From positions 1 through 55,732 of IMG/VR virus record IMGVR_UViG_2563366819_000003: a stretch of 55,732 nucleotides of DNA; one strand, 5' to 3'. A program made the translations under genes and the position numbers. Shown in pieces: positions 41,514-50,674 of this stretch. Source of the DNA: a virus. Its lineage: Duplodnaviria; Heunggongvirae; Uroviricota; Caudoviricetes. Every line of letters starts with the position of its first letter. Within the stretch, counting starts at the first letter, position 1. The notes under the pieces are model-generated. The model was not told the DNA's origin. It was given only the letters and a program-made list of their open reading frames with translations, and did no database searches.

Positions 41514-44067
41514 ACAGGTAGGCGATCTGGTCGTTGATTTGAGTCTGGATGCGGCCAGATTTGACGAGCAGATGGCCAGAGTCAGGCGTCATTTTTCCGG
41601 TACGGAAAGTGATGCGAAAAAAACAGCGGCAGTCGTTGAACAGTCGCTGAGCCGACAGGCGCTGGCTGCACAGAAAGCGGGGATTTCCGTCGGGCAGTAT
41701 AAAGCTGCCATGCGTATGCTGCCTGCGCAGTTCACTGACGTGGCCACGCAGCTTGCAGGCGGGCAAAGTCCGTGGCTGATCCTGCTGCAACAGGGTGGTC
41801 AGGTGAAGGACTCCTTCGGCGGGATGATCCCCATGTTCAGGGGGCTTGCCGGTGCGCTCACCCTGCCGATGGTCGGGGCCACCTCGCTGGCGGTGGCGAC
41901 CGGTGCGCTGGCGTATGCCTGGTATCAGGGCAACTCAACCCTGTCCGATTTCAACAAAACGCTGGTCCTTTCCGGCAATCAGTCGGGGCTGACGGCAGAT
42001 CGCATGCTGGTCCTGTCCAGAGCCGGGCAGGCGGCAGGGCTGACGTTTGACCAGACCAGCGAGTCACTCAGCGCACTGGTTAAGGCGGGGGTAAGCGGTG
42101 AGGCTCAGATTGCGTCCATCAGCCAGAGTGTGGCGCGTTTCTCCTCTGCATCCGGCGTGGAGGTGGACAAGGTCGCTGAAGCCTTCGGGAAGCTGACCAC
42201 AGACCCGACGTCGGGGCTGACGGCGATGGCACGCCAGTTCCATAACGTGACGGCGGAGCAGATTGCGTATGTTGCTCAGTTGCAGCGTTCCGGCGATGAA
42301 GCCGGGGCATTGCAGGCGGCGAACGAGGCCGCAACGAAAGGGTTTGATGACCAGACCCGCCGCCTGAAAGAGAACATGGGCACGCTGGAGACCTGGGCAG
42401 ACAGGACTGCGCGGGCCTTCAAATCCATGTGGGATGCGGTGCTGGATATTGGTCGTCCTGATACCGCGCAGGAGATGCTGATTAAGGCAGAGGCTGCGTT
42501 TAAGAAAGCAGACGACATCTGGAATCTGCGCAAGGATGATTATTTTGTTAACGATGAAGCGCGGGCGCGTTACTGGGATGATCGTGAAAAGGCCCGTCTT
42601 GCGCTTGAAGCCGCCCGAAAGAAGGCTGAGCAGCAGACTCAACAGGACAAAAATGCGCAGCAGCAGAGCGATACCGAAGCGTCACGGCTGAAATATACCG
42701 AAGAGGCGCAGAAGGCTTACAAACGGCTGCAGACGCCGCTGGAGAAATATACCGCCCGTCAGGAAGAACTGAACAAGGCACTGAAAGACGGGAAAATCCT
42801 GCAGGCAGATTACAACACGCTGATGGCGGCGGCGAAAAAGGATTATGAAGCGACGCTGAAAAAGCCGAAACAGTCCGGCGTGAAGGTGTCTGTGGGCGAT
42901 CGTCAGGAAGACAGTGCTCATGCTGCTCTGCTGACGCTTCAGGCAGAACTCCGGACGCTGGAGAAGCATGCCGGAGCAAATGAGAAAATCAGCCAGCAGC
43001 GCCGGGATTTGTGGAAGGCAGAAAGTCAGTTCGCGGTACTGGAGGAGGCGGCACAACGTCGCCAGCTGTCCGCACAGGAGAAATCCCTGCTGGCGCATAA
43101 AGATGAGACGCTGGAGTACAAACGCCAGCTGGCTGCACTTGGCGACAAGGTTACGTATCAGGAGCGCCTGAACGCGCTGGCGCAGCAGGCGGATAAATTC
43201 GCACAGCAGCAACGGGCAAAACGGGCCGCCATTGATGCGAAAAGCCGGGGGCTGACTGACCGGCAGGCAGAACGGGAAGCCACGGAACAGCGCCTGAAGG
43301 AACAGTATGGCGATAATCCGCTGGCGCTGAATAACGTCATGTCAGAGCAGAAAAAGACCTGGGCGGCTGAAGACCAGCTTCGCGGGAGCTGGATGGCAGG
43401 CCTGAAGTCCGGCTGGAGTGAGTGGGAAGAGAGCGCCACGGACAGTATGTCGCAGGTAAAAAGTGCAGCCACGCAGACCTTTGATGGTATTGCACAGAAT
43501 ATGGCAGCGATGCTGACCGGCAGTGAGCAGAACTGGCGCAGCTTCACCCGTTCCGTGCTGTCCATGATGACAGAAATTCTGCTTAAGCAGGCAATGGTGG
43601 GGATTGTCGGGAGTATCGGCAGCGCCATTGGCGGGGCTGTTGGTGGCGGCGCATCCGCGTCAGGCGGTACAGCCATTCAGGCCGCTGCGGCGAAATTCCA
43701 TTTTGCAACCGGAGGATTCACAGGAACCGGCGGCAAATATGAGCCAGCGGGGATTGTTCACCGTGGTGAATTTGTCTTCACGAAGGAGGCAACCAGCCGG
43801 ATTGGCGTGGGGAATCTCTACCGGCTGATGCGCGGCTATGCCACCGGTGGTTATGTCGGTACACCGGGCAGTCTGGCTGACAGCCGGTCGCAGGCGTCCG
43901 GGACGTTTGAGCAGAATAACCATGTGGTGATTAACAACGACGGCACGAACGGGCAGATAGGTCCGGCTGCTCTGAAGGCGGTGTATGACATGGCCCGCAA
44001 GGGTGCCCGTGATGAAATTCAGACACAGATGCGTGATGGTGGCCTGTTCTCCGGAGGTGGACGATGA
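41506..44067 (+). CDS. H: Tail tape-measure protein H
   Basis: 853 aa, same length and sequence pattern as lambda H. Confidence 0.95.
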   Translation: MAEQVGDLVVDLSLDAARFDEQMARVRRHFSGTESDAKKTAAVVEQSLSRQALAAQKAGISVGQYKAAMRMLPAQFTDVATQLAGGQSPWLILLQQGGQVKDSFGGMIPMFRGLAGALTLPMVGATSLAVATGALAYAWYQGNSTLSDFNKTLVLSGNQSGLTADRMLVLSRAGQAAGLTFDQTSESLSALVKAGVSGEAQIASISQSVARFSSASGVEVDKVAEAFGKLTTDPTSGLTAMARQFHNVTAEQIAYVAQLQRSGDEAGALQAANEAATKGFDDQTRRLKENMGTLETWADRTARAFKSMWDAVLDIGRPDTAQEMLIKAEAAFKKADDIWNLRKDDYFVNDEARARYWDDREKARLALEAARKKAEQQTQQDKNAQQQSDTEASRLKYTEEAQKAYKRLQTPLEKYTARQEELNKALKDGKILQADYNTLMAAAKKDYEATLKKPKQSGVKVSVGDRQEDSAHAALLTLQAELRTLEKHAGANEKISQQRRDLWKAESQFAVLEEAAQRRQLSAQEKSLLAHKDETLEYKRQLAALGDKVTYQERLNALAQQADKFAQQQRAKRAAIDAKSRGLTDRQAEREATEQRLKEQYGDNPLALNNVMSEQKKTWAAEDQLRGSWMAGLKSGWSEWEESATDSMSQVKSAATQTFDGIAQNMAAMLTGSEQNWRSFTRSVLSMMTEILLKQAMVGIVGSIGSAIGGAVGGGASASGGTAIQAAAAKFHFATGGFTGTGGKYEPAGIVHRGEFVFTKEATSRIGVGNLYRLMRGYATGGYVGTPGSLADSRSQASGTFEQNNHVVINNDGTNGQIGPAALKAVYDMARKGARDEIQTQMRDGGLFSGGGR

Positions 44068-44393
44068 AGACCTTCCGCTGGAAAGTGAAACCCGGTATGG
44101 ATGTGACATCGGCTCCTTCCGTCAGGGAGGTGCGCTTTGGTGATGGCTATTCCCAGCGTGCGCCTGCCGGGCTGAACGCTGACCTGAAAACGTACAGCGT
44201 GACGCTGTCTGTCTCCCGTGAGGAGGCCACGGCGCTGGAGTCGTTTCTGGCTGAGCACGGGGGCTGGAAGGCCTTTCTGTGGACGCCGCCTTATGGTTAC
44301 AGGCAGATAAAGGTGACCTGCGCAAAATGGTCGTCGCGGGTCAGTATGCTGCGTGTTGAGTTCAGCGCAGAGTTTGAACAGGTGGTGAACTGA
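44064..44393 (+). CDS. M: Tail tip protein M
   Basis: 109 aa, lambda M-like. Confidence 0.9.
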   Translation: MKTFRWKVKPGMDVTSAPSVREVRFGDGYSQRAPAGLNADLKTYSVTLSVSREEATALESFLAEHGGWKAFLWTPPYGYRQIKVTCAKWSSRVSMLRVEFSAEFEQVVN

Positions 44394-45091
44394 TGCAGGA
44401 TATCCGGCAGGAAACACTGAATGAATGCACCCGTGCGGAGCAGTCGGCCAGCGTGGTGCTCTGGGAAATCGACCTGACAGAGGTCGGTGGAGAACGTTAT
44501 TTTTTCTGTAATGAGCTGAACGAAAAAGGTGAGCCGGTCACCTGGCAGGGGCGACAGTATCAGCCGTATCCCATTCAGGGGAGTGGTTTTGAACTGAATG
44601 GCAAAGGCACCAGTACGCGCCCCACGCTGACGGTTTCTAACCTGTACGGTATGGTCACCGGGATGGCGGAAGATCTGCAGAGTCTGGTCGGCGGAACGGT
44701 GGTCCGGCGTAAGGTTTACGCCCGTTTTCTGGATGCGGTGAACTTCGTTAACGGAAACAGTGACGCCGATCCGGAGCAGGAGGTGATCAGCCGCTGGCGC
44801 ATCGAGCAGTGCAGCGAACTGAGCGCGGTGAGTGCCTCCTTTGTACTGTCCACGCCGACGGAAACAGATGGCGCTGTTTTTCCGGGACGTATCATGCTGG
44901 CCAACACCTGCACCTGGACCTATCGCGGCGATGAGTGCGGTTATCACGGTCCGGCGGTCGCGGATGAATATGACCAGACAACGTCCGATATCACGAAGGA
45001 TAAATGCAGCAAATGCCTGAGTGGCTGTAAGTTTCGCAATAACGTCGGCAACTTTGGCGGCTTCCTTTCCATTAACAAACTTTCGCAGTAA
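44393..45091 (+). CDS. L: Tail tip protein L
   Basis: 232 aa, lambda L-like with Cys cluster near C-terminus. Confidence 0.9.
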   Translation: MQDIRQETLNECTRAEQSASVVLWEIDLTEVGGERYFFCNELNEKGEPVTWQGRQYQPYPIQGSGFELNGKGTSTRPTLTVSNLYGMVTGMAEDLQSLVGGTVVRRKVYARFLDAVNFVNGNSDADPEQEVISRWRIEQCSELSAVSASFVLSTPTETDGAVFPGRIMLANTCTWTYRGDECGYHGPAVADEYDQTTSDITKDKCSKCLSGCKFRNNVGNFGGFLSINKLSQ

Positions 45092-45096
45092 ATCCC

Positions 45097-45840
45097 ATGA
45101 CACAGACAGAATCAGCGATTCTGGCGCACGCCCGGCGATGTGCGCCAGCGGAGTCGTGCGGCTTCGTGGTAAGCACGCCGGAGGGGGAAAGATATTTCCC
45201 CTGCGTGAATATCTCCGGTGAGCCGGAGGCGTATTTCCGGATGTCGCCGGAGGACTGGCTGCAGGCAGAAATGCAGGGTGAGATTGTGGCGCTGGTCCAC
45301 AGCCACCCCGGTGGTCTGCCCTGGCTGAGTGAGACTGACCGGCGGCTGCAGGTGCAGAGTGATTTGCCGTGGTGGCTGGTCTGCCGGGGGGCGATTCATA
45401 AGTTCCGCTGTGTGCCGCATCTCACCGGACGGCGCTTTGAGCACGGGGTGACGGACTGTTACACGCTGTTCCGGGATGCTTATCATCTGGCGGGGATTGA
45501 GATGCCGGATTTTCATCGCGAGGATGACTGGTGGCGTCACGGTCAGAATCTCTATCTGGATAATCTGGAGGCCACAGGGCTGTATCAGGTGCCGTTGTCA
45601 TCAGCACAACCGGGCGATGTGCTGCTGTGCTGTTTTGGTTCATCGGTGCCGAATCATGCCGCCATTTACTGTGGTGATGGCGAGCTGCTGCACCATATTC
45701 CTGAACAACTGAGCAAACGAGAGAGGTATACCGACAAATGGCAGCGACGCACACACTCCCTCTGGCGTCACCGGGCATGGCGCGCATCTGCCTTTACGGG
45801 GATTTGCAACGATTTGGCCGCCGCATCGACCTTCGTGTGA
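45097..45840 (+). CDS. K: Tail tip assembly protein K (JAMM/MPN + NlpC/P60-like)
   Basis: Contains HSHP JAMM motif and Cys/His NlpC-like residues; lambda K-like. Exact start uncertain. Confidence 0.82.
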   Translation: MTQTESAILAHARRCAPAESCGFVVSTPEGERYFPCVNISGEPEAYFRMSPEDWLQAEMQGEIVALVHSHPGGLPWLSETDRRLQVQSDLPWWLVCRGAIHKFRCVPHLTGRRFEHGVTDCYTLFRDAYHLAGIEMPDFHREDDWWRHGQNLYLDNLEATGLYQVPLSSAQPGDVLLCCFGSSVPNHAAIYCGDGELLHHIPEQLSKRERYTDKWQRRTHSLWRHRAWRASAFTGICNDLAAASTFV

Positions 45841-46409
45841 AAACGGGGGCTGAAGCCATCCGCGCACTGGCCACACAGCTCCCGGCGTTTCGTCAGAAAC
45901 TGAGCGACGGCTGGTATCAGGTACGGATTGCCGGGCGGGACGTCAGCACGTCCGGGTTAACGGCGCAGTTACATGAGACTCTGCCTGATGGCGCTGTGAT
46001 TCATATTGTTCCCAGAGTCGCCGGGGCCAAGTCAGGTGGCGTATTCCAGATTGTCCTGGGAGCAGCCGCCATTGCCGGATCATTCTTTACTGCCGGAGCC
46101 ACCCTTGCAGCATGGGGGGCAGCCATTGGGGCCGGTGGTATGACCGGCATCCTGTTTTCTCTCGGTGCCAGTATGGTGCTCGGTGGTGTGGCGCAGATGC
46201 TGGCACCGAAAGCCAGAACTCCCCGTACACAGACAACGGATAACGGCAAACAGAACACCTATTTCTCCTCACTGGATAACATGGTTGCCCAGGGCAATGT
46301 TCTGCCTGTTCTGTACGGTGAAATGCGCGTGGGGTCACGCGTGGTTTCTCAGGAGATCAGCACGGCAGACGAAGGGGATGGTGGTCAGGTTGTGGTGATT
46401 GGTCGCTGA
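45738..46409 (+). CDS. I: Tail tip assembly protein I
   Basis: 223 aa, lambda I-like; overlaps 3' end of K in another frame. Confidence 0.88.
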   Translation: MAATHTLPLASPGMARICLYGDLQRFGRRIDLRVKTGAEAIRALATQLPAFRQKLSDGWYQVRIAGRDVSTSGLTAQLHETLPDGAVIHIVPRVAGAKSGGVFQIVLGAAAIAGSFFTAGATLAAWGAAIGAGGMTGILFSLGASMVLGGVAQMLAPKARTPRTQTTDNGKQNTYFSSLDNMVAQGNVLPVLYGEMRVGSRVVSQEISTADEGDGGQVVVIGR

Positions 46410-46469
46410 TGCAAAATGTTTTATGTGAAACCGCCTGCGGGCGGTTTTGTCGTTTATGGAGCGTGAGGA

Positions 46470-49400
46470 ATGGGTAAAGGCAGCAGTAAGGGGCATACCC
46501 CGCGCGAAGCGAAGGACAACCTGAAGTCCACGCAGCTGCTGAGTGTGATCGATGCCATCAGCGAAGGGCCGGTTGAAGGTCCGGTGGACGGATTAAAAAG
46601 CGTGCTGCTGAACAGTACGCCGGTGCTGGACAGTGAGGGGAATACCAATATCTCCGGCGTCACGGTGGTGTTCCGGACCGGTGAGCAGGAGCAGTCACCG
46701 CCGGAGGGATTTGAATCCTCCGGCTCCGAGACGGTGCTGGGTACGGAAGTGAAATATGACACGCCGATCACCCGGACCATCACGTCGACAAACATCGACC
46801 GTCTGCGCTTTACCTTCGGTGTACAGGCACTGGTGGAAACCACCTCAAAGGGGGACCGGAATCCGTCGGAAGTCCGCCTGCTGGTTCAGATACAGCGTAA
46901 TGGTGGCTGGGTGACGGAAAAAGACATCACCATTAAGGGCAAAACCACCTCGCAGTATCTGGCCTCGGTGGTGGTGGATAACCTGCCGCCGCGCCCGTTC
47001 AATATCCGGATGCGCAGGATGACGCCGGACAGCACCACAGACCAGCTGCAGAACAAAACGCTCTGGTCGTCATACACCGAAATCATCGATGTGAAACAGT
47101 GCTACCCGAACACGGCACTGGTCGGCGTACAGGTGGATTCGGAGCAGTTCGGCAGCCAGCAGGTGAGCCGTAATTATCATCTGCGCGGGCGTATTCTGCA
47201 GGTGCCGTCGAACTATAACCCGCAGACTCGGCAATACAGCGGTATCTGGGACGGAACGTTTAAGCCAGCATACAGCAATAACATGGCCTGGTGTCTGTGG
47301 GATATGCTGACCCATCCACGCTACGGCATGGGGAAACGTCTTGGTGCGGCGGATGTGGACAAATGGGCGCTGTATGTCATCGGCCAGTACTGCGACCAGT
47401 CAGTGCCGGACGGCTTTGGCGGCACGGAGCCGCGCATCACCTGTAATGCGTACCTGACCACACAGCGCAAGGCGTGGGATGTGCTCAGTGATTTCTGCTC
47501 GGCGATGCGCTGTATGCCGGTATGGAACGGGCAGACGCTGACGTTCGTGCAGGACCGACCGTCGGATAAGGTGTGGACCTATAACCGCAGTAATGTGGTG
47601 ATGCCGGATGATGGCGCGCCGTTCCGCTACAGCTTCAGCGCCCTGAAGGACCGCCATAATGCCGTTGAGGTGAACTGGATTGACCCGGACAACGGCTGGG
47701 AGACGGCGACAGAGCTTGTTGAAGATACGCAGGCCATTGCCCGTTACGGTCGTAATGTCACGAAGATGGATGCCTTTGGCTGTACCAGCCGGGGGCAGGC
47801 ACACCGCGCCGGGCTGTGGCTGATTAAAACGGAACTGCTGGAGACGCAGACCGTGGATTTCAGCGTGGGTGCTGAAGGGCTTCGCCATGTACCGGGCGAT
47901 GTCATTGAAATCTGCGATGATGACTATGTCGGTATCAGCACCGGTGGTCGCGTGCTGGCGGTGAACAGCCAGACCCGGACGCTGACGCTCGACCGTGAAA
48001 TCACGCTGCCATCCTCCGGTACCACGCTGATAAGCCTGGTTGACGGAAGTGGCAATCCGGTCAGCGTGGAGGTTCAGTCCGTCACCGACGGCGTGAAGGT
48101 AAAAGTGAGCCGTGTTCCTGACGGTGTTGCTGAATACAGCGTGTGGGGGCTGAAGCTGCCGACGCTGCGCCAGCGCCTGTTCCGCTGCGTGAGTATCCGT
48201 GAGAACGATGACGGTACGTATGCCATCACCGCCGTGCAGCATGTGCCGGAAAAAGAGGCCATCGTGGATAACGGGGCGCACTTTGACGGCGAACAGAGTG
48301 GCACGGTGAACGGTGTCACGCCGCCAGCGGTGCAGCACCTGACCGCAGAAGTCACTGCAGACAGCGGGGAATATCAGGTGCTGGCGCGCTGGGACACACC
48401 GAAGGTGGTGAAGGGCGTGAGCTTCCTGCTCCGTCTGACCGTAACAGCGGACGACGGCAGTGAGCGGCTGGTCAGCACGGCCCGGACGACGGAAACCACA
48501 TACCGCTTCACGCAACTGGCGCTGGGGAACTACAGGCTGACAGTCCGGGCAGTAAATGCGTGGGGGCAGCAGGGCGATCCGGCGTCGGTATCGTTCCGGA
48601 TTGCCGCACCGGCAGCGCCGTCGCGGATTGAGCTGACGCCGGGCTATTTTCAGATAACCGCCACGCCGCATCTTGCCGTTTATGATCCGACGGTACAGTT
48701 TGAGTTCTGGTTCTCGGAAAAGCGGATTGCGGATATCAGGCAGGTTGAAACCACAGCCCGCTATCTTGGCACGGCGCTGTACTGGATAGCTGCCAGTATC
48801 AATATCAAACCGGGCCATGATTATTACTTTTATATCCGCAGTGTGAATACTGTTGGCAAATCGGCATTCGTGGAGGCTATCGGTCGGGCGAGCGATGATG
48901 CGGAAGGTTACCTGGATTTTTTCAAAGGAGAGATAGGGAAAACACATCTGGCTCAGGAGCTGTGGACGCAGATTGATAACGGTCAGCTTGCGCCTGACCT
49001 GGCTGAAATCAGGACGTCCATTACGGATGTCAGCAATGAAATCACGCAGACTGTCAATAAGAAACTGGAAGACCAGAGTGCGGCAATCCAGCAGATACAG
49101 AAGGTTCAGGTTGATACAAATAATAACCTGAACAGCATGTGGGCTGTGAAGCTGCAGCAGATGCAGGACGGACGCCTTTATATCGCGGGTATTGGTGCCG
49201 GTATTGAGAACACCCCTGACGGCATGCAGAGTCAGGTGCTGCTGGCGGCGGACAGGATTGCGATGGTTAATCCTGCGAATGGCAACACAAAGCCGATGTT
49301 TGTTGGTCAGGGCGATCAGATATTCATGAACGAAGTGTTCCTGAAATATCTGACGGCTCCCACCATTACCAGCGGCGGTAATCCTCCGGCATTTTCCCTG

Positions 49401-49949
49401 ACACCGGACGGGCGGCTGACGGCGAAAAATGCCGATATCAGCGGTAACGTGAATGCGAACTCCGGGACGCTCAACAACGTCACGATTAACGAGAACTGCC
49501 GGGTTCTGGGAAAACTGTCCGCGAACCAGATTGAAGGCGATCTCGTTAAAACAGTGGGCAAAGCTTTCCCCCGGGACTCCCGTGCACCGGAGCGGTGGCC
49601 ATCAGGAACCATTACCGTCAGGGTTTATGACGATCAGCCGTTTGACCGGCAAATTGTTATCCCGGCGGTGGCATTCAGTGGCGCTAAACATGAGCAAGAT
49701 CATACTGATATCTACTCCTCATGCCGTCTGATAGTACGAAAAAACGGTGCTGAAATTTATAACCGAACGGCTCTGGATAATACGCTGATATATACGGGTG
49801 TTATTGATATGCCTGCAGGCAGTGGTGTCATGACACTGGAATTTTCTGTATCGGCATGGCTGGTAAATGGCTGGTATCCCACAGCAAGTATCAGCGATTT
49901 GCTGGTTGTGGTGATGAAGAAAGCCACCGCAGGCATCAGTATCAGCTGA
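46470..49949 (+). CDS. J: Tail tip / central fibre protein J with divergent C-terminal receptor-binding region
   Basis: N-terminal about 800 aa closely resemble lambda J; the last about 300 aa differ from the lambda LamB-binding domain as recalled; 1159 aa. Confidence 0.9.
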   Translation: MGKGSSKGHTPREAKDNLKSTQLLSVIDAISEGPVEGPVDGLKSVLLNSTPVLDSEGNTNISGVTVVFRTGEQEQSPPEGFESSGSETVLGTEVKYDTPITRTITSTNIDRLRFTFGVQALVETTSKGDRNPSEVRLLVQIQRNGGWVTEKDITIKGKTTSQYLASVVVDNLPPRPFNIRMRRMTPDSTTDQLQNKTLWSSYTEIIDVKQCYPNTALVGVQVDSEQFGSQQVSRNYHLRGRILQVPSNYNPQTRQYSGIWDGTFKPAYSNNMAWCLWDMLTHPRYGMGKRLGAADVDKWALYVIGQYCDQSVPDGFGGTEPRITCNAYLTTQRKAWDVLSDFCSAMRCMPVWNGQTLTFVQDRPSDKVWTYNRSNVVMPDDGAPFRYSFSALKDRHNAVEVNWIDPDNGWETATELVEDTQAIARYGRNVTKMDAFGCTSRGQAHRAGLWLIKTELLETQTVDFSVGAEGLRHVPGDVIEICDDDYVGISTGGRVLAVNSQTRTLTLDREITLPSSGTTLISLVDGSGNPVSVEVQSVTDGVKVKVSRVPDGVAEYSVWGLKLPTLRQRLFRCVSIRENDDGTYAITAVQHVPEKEAIVDNGAHFDGEQSGTVNGVTPPAVQHLTAEVTADSGEYQVLARWDTPKVVKGVSFLLRLTVTADDGSERLVSTARTTETTYRFTQLALGNYRLTVRAVNAWGQQGDPASVSFRIAAPAAPSRIELTPGYFQITATPHLAVYDPTVQFEFWFSEKRIADIRQVETTARYLGTALYWIAASINIKPGHDYYFYIRSVNTVGKSAFVEAIGRASDDAEGYLDFFKGEIGKTHLAQELWTQIDNGQLAPDLAEIRTSITDVSNEITQTVNKKLEDQSAAIQQIQKVQVDTNNNLNSMWAVKLQQMQDGRLYIAGIGAGIENTPDGMQSQVLLAADRIAMVNPANGNTKPMFVGQGDQIFMNEVFLKYLTAPTITSGGNPPAFSLTPDGRLTAKNADISGNVNANSGTLNNVTINENCRVLGKLSANQIEGDLVKTVGKAFPRDSRAPERWPSGTITVRVYDDQPFDRQIVIPAVAFSGAKHEQDHTDIYSSCRLIVRKNGAEIYNRTALDNTLIYTGVIDMPAGSGVMTLEFSVSAWLVNGWYPTASISDLLVVVMKKATAGISIS

Positions 49950-49968
49950 ATTTTATAACCCCAATACG

Positions 49969-49992
49969 GGCGTCAGAAATGACGCCTTTTTT
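49969..49992 (+). terminator. Rho-independent terminator after J
   Basis: Hairpin ggcgtcagaaatgacgcc followed by tttttt. Confidence 0.6.
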
Positions 49993-50016
49993 ATTGCAGA
50001 AAAGCGAGAGGTAATT

Positions 50017-50616
50017 ATGCGTAAATTATGTGCTGTTATTCTGTCCGCAGTAGTCTGGCTGGTTGCCGCTGGTACGCCAGCGAGCGCAGCAGAGCATCAG
50101 TCCACACTAAGCGCCGGGTATCTTCAGACCCATACTGATATGCCAGGCAGTGATGACCTGAAGGGCATTAACGTGAAATACCGTTATGAATTTACGGACA
50201 CGCTGGGGCTGGTGACGTCATTCAGTTATGCCAATGCCAAAGATGAGCAAAAAACGCATTACAGCGATACCCGCTGGCATGAAGATTCAGTGCGTAACCG
50301 CTGGTTCAGCATGATGGCGGGGCCGTCTGTACGCGTGAATGAATGGTTCAGTGCTTATGCGATGACGGGTGTGGCTTACAGCCGTGTTTCGACGTTCTCC
50401 GGGGATTATCTCCGCGTAACTGACAGCAAGGGGAAAACGCACGATGTGCTGACCGGAAGTGATGGCGGTCGCCACAGCAACACGTCTCTGGCGTGGGGGG
50501 CTGGCGTGCAGTTTAACCCGACCGAATCCGTGGCCATTGACCTTGCTTATGAAGGTTCCGGCAGTGGCGACTGGCGCACTGACGGTTTCATCGTGGGTGT
50601 CGGTTATAAATTCTGA
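50017..50616 (+). CDS. lom: Lom/Ail-family outer-membrane beta-barrel protein
   Basis: 199 aa, signal peptide, C-terminus ...AYEGSGSGDWRTDGFIVGVGYKF identical to lambda Lom C-terminus as recalled. Confidence 0.88.
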   Translation: MRKLCAVILSAVVWLVAAGTPASAAEHQSTLSAGYLQTHTDMPGSDDLKGINVKYRYEFTDTLGLVTSFSYANAKDEQKTHYSDTRWHEDSVRNRWFSMMAGPSVRVNEWFSAYAMTGVAYSRVSTFSGDYLRVTDSKGKTHDVLTGSDGGRHSNTSLAWGAGVQFNPTESVAIDLAYEGSGSGDWRTDGFIVGVGYKF

Positions 50617-50642
50617 TTAGCCAGGTAACACAGTGTTATGAC

Positions 50643-50669
50643 AGCCCGTCGGTTCAGGCGGGCTTTTTT
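50643..50669 (+). terminator. Rho-independent terminator after lom
   Basis: Hairpin agcccgtcggttcaggcgggct followed by tttttt. Confidence 0.6.
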
Positions 50670-50674
50670 GTGGA

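Noticed and set aside
42064-43676. Several 140-190-aa minus-strand ORFs within tape-measure gene H
   Set aside because: Antisense to lambda-like H; GC-rich repetitive coding region produces spurious frames.
47400-48947. 515-aa ORF on the minus strand inside J
   Set aside because: Antisense to a well-supported, lambda-like J gene; Arg/Pro-rich composition typical of a GC-rich antisense frame; no start context.
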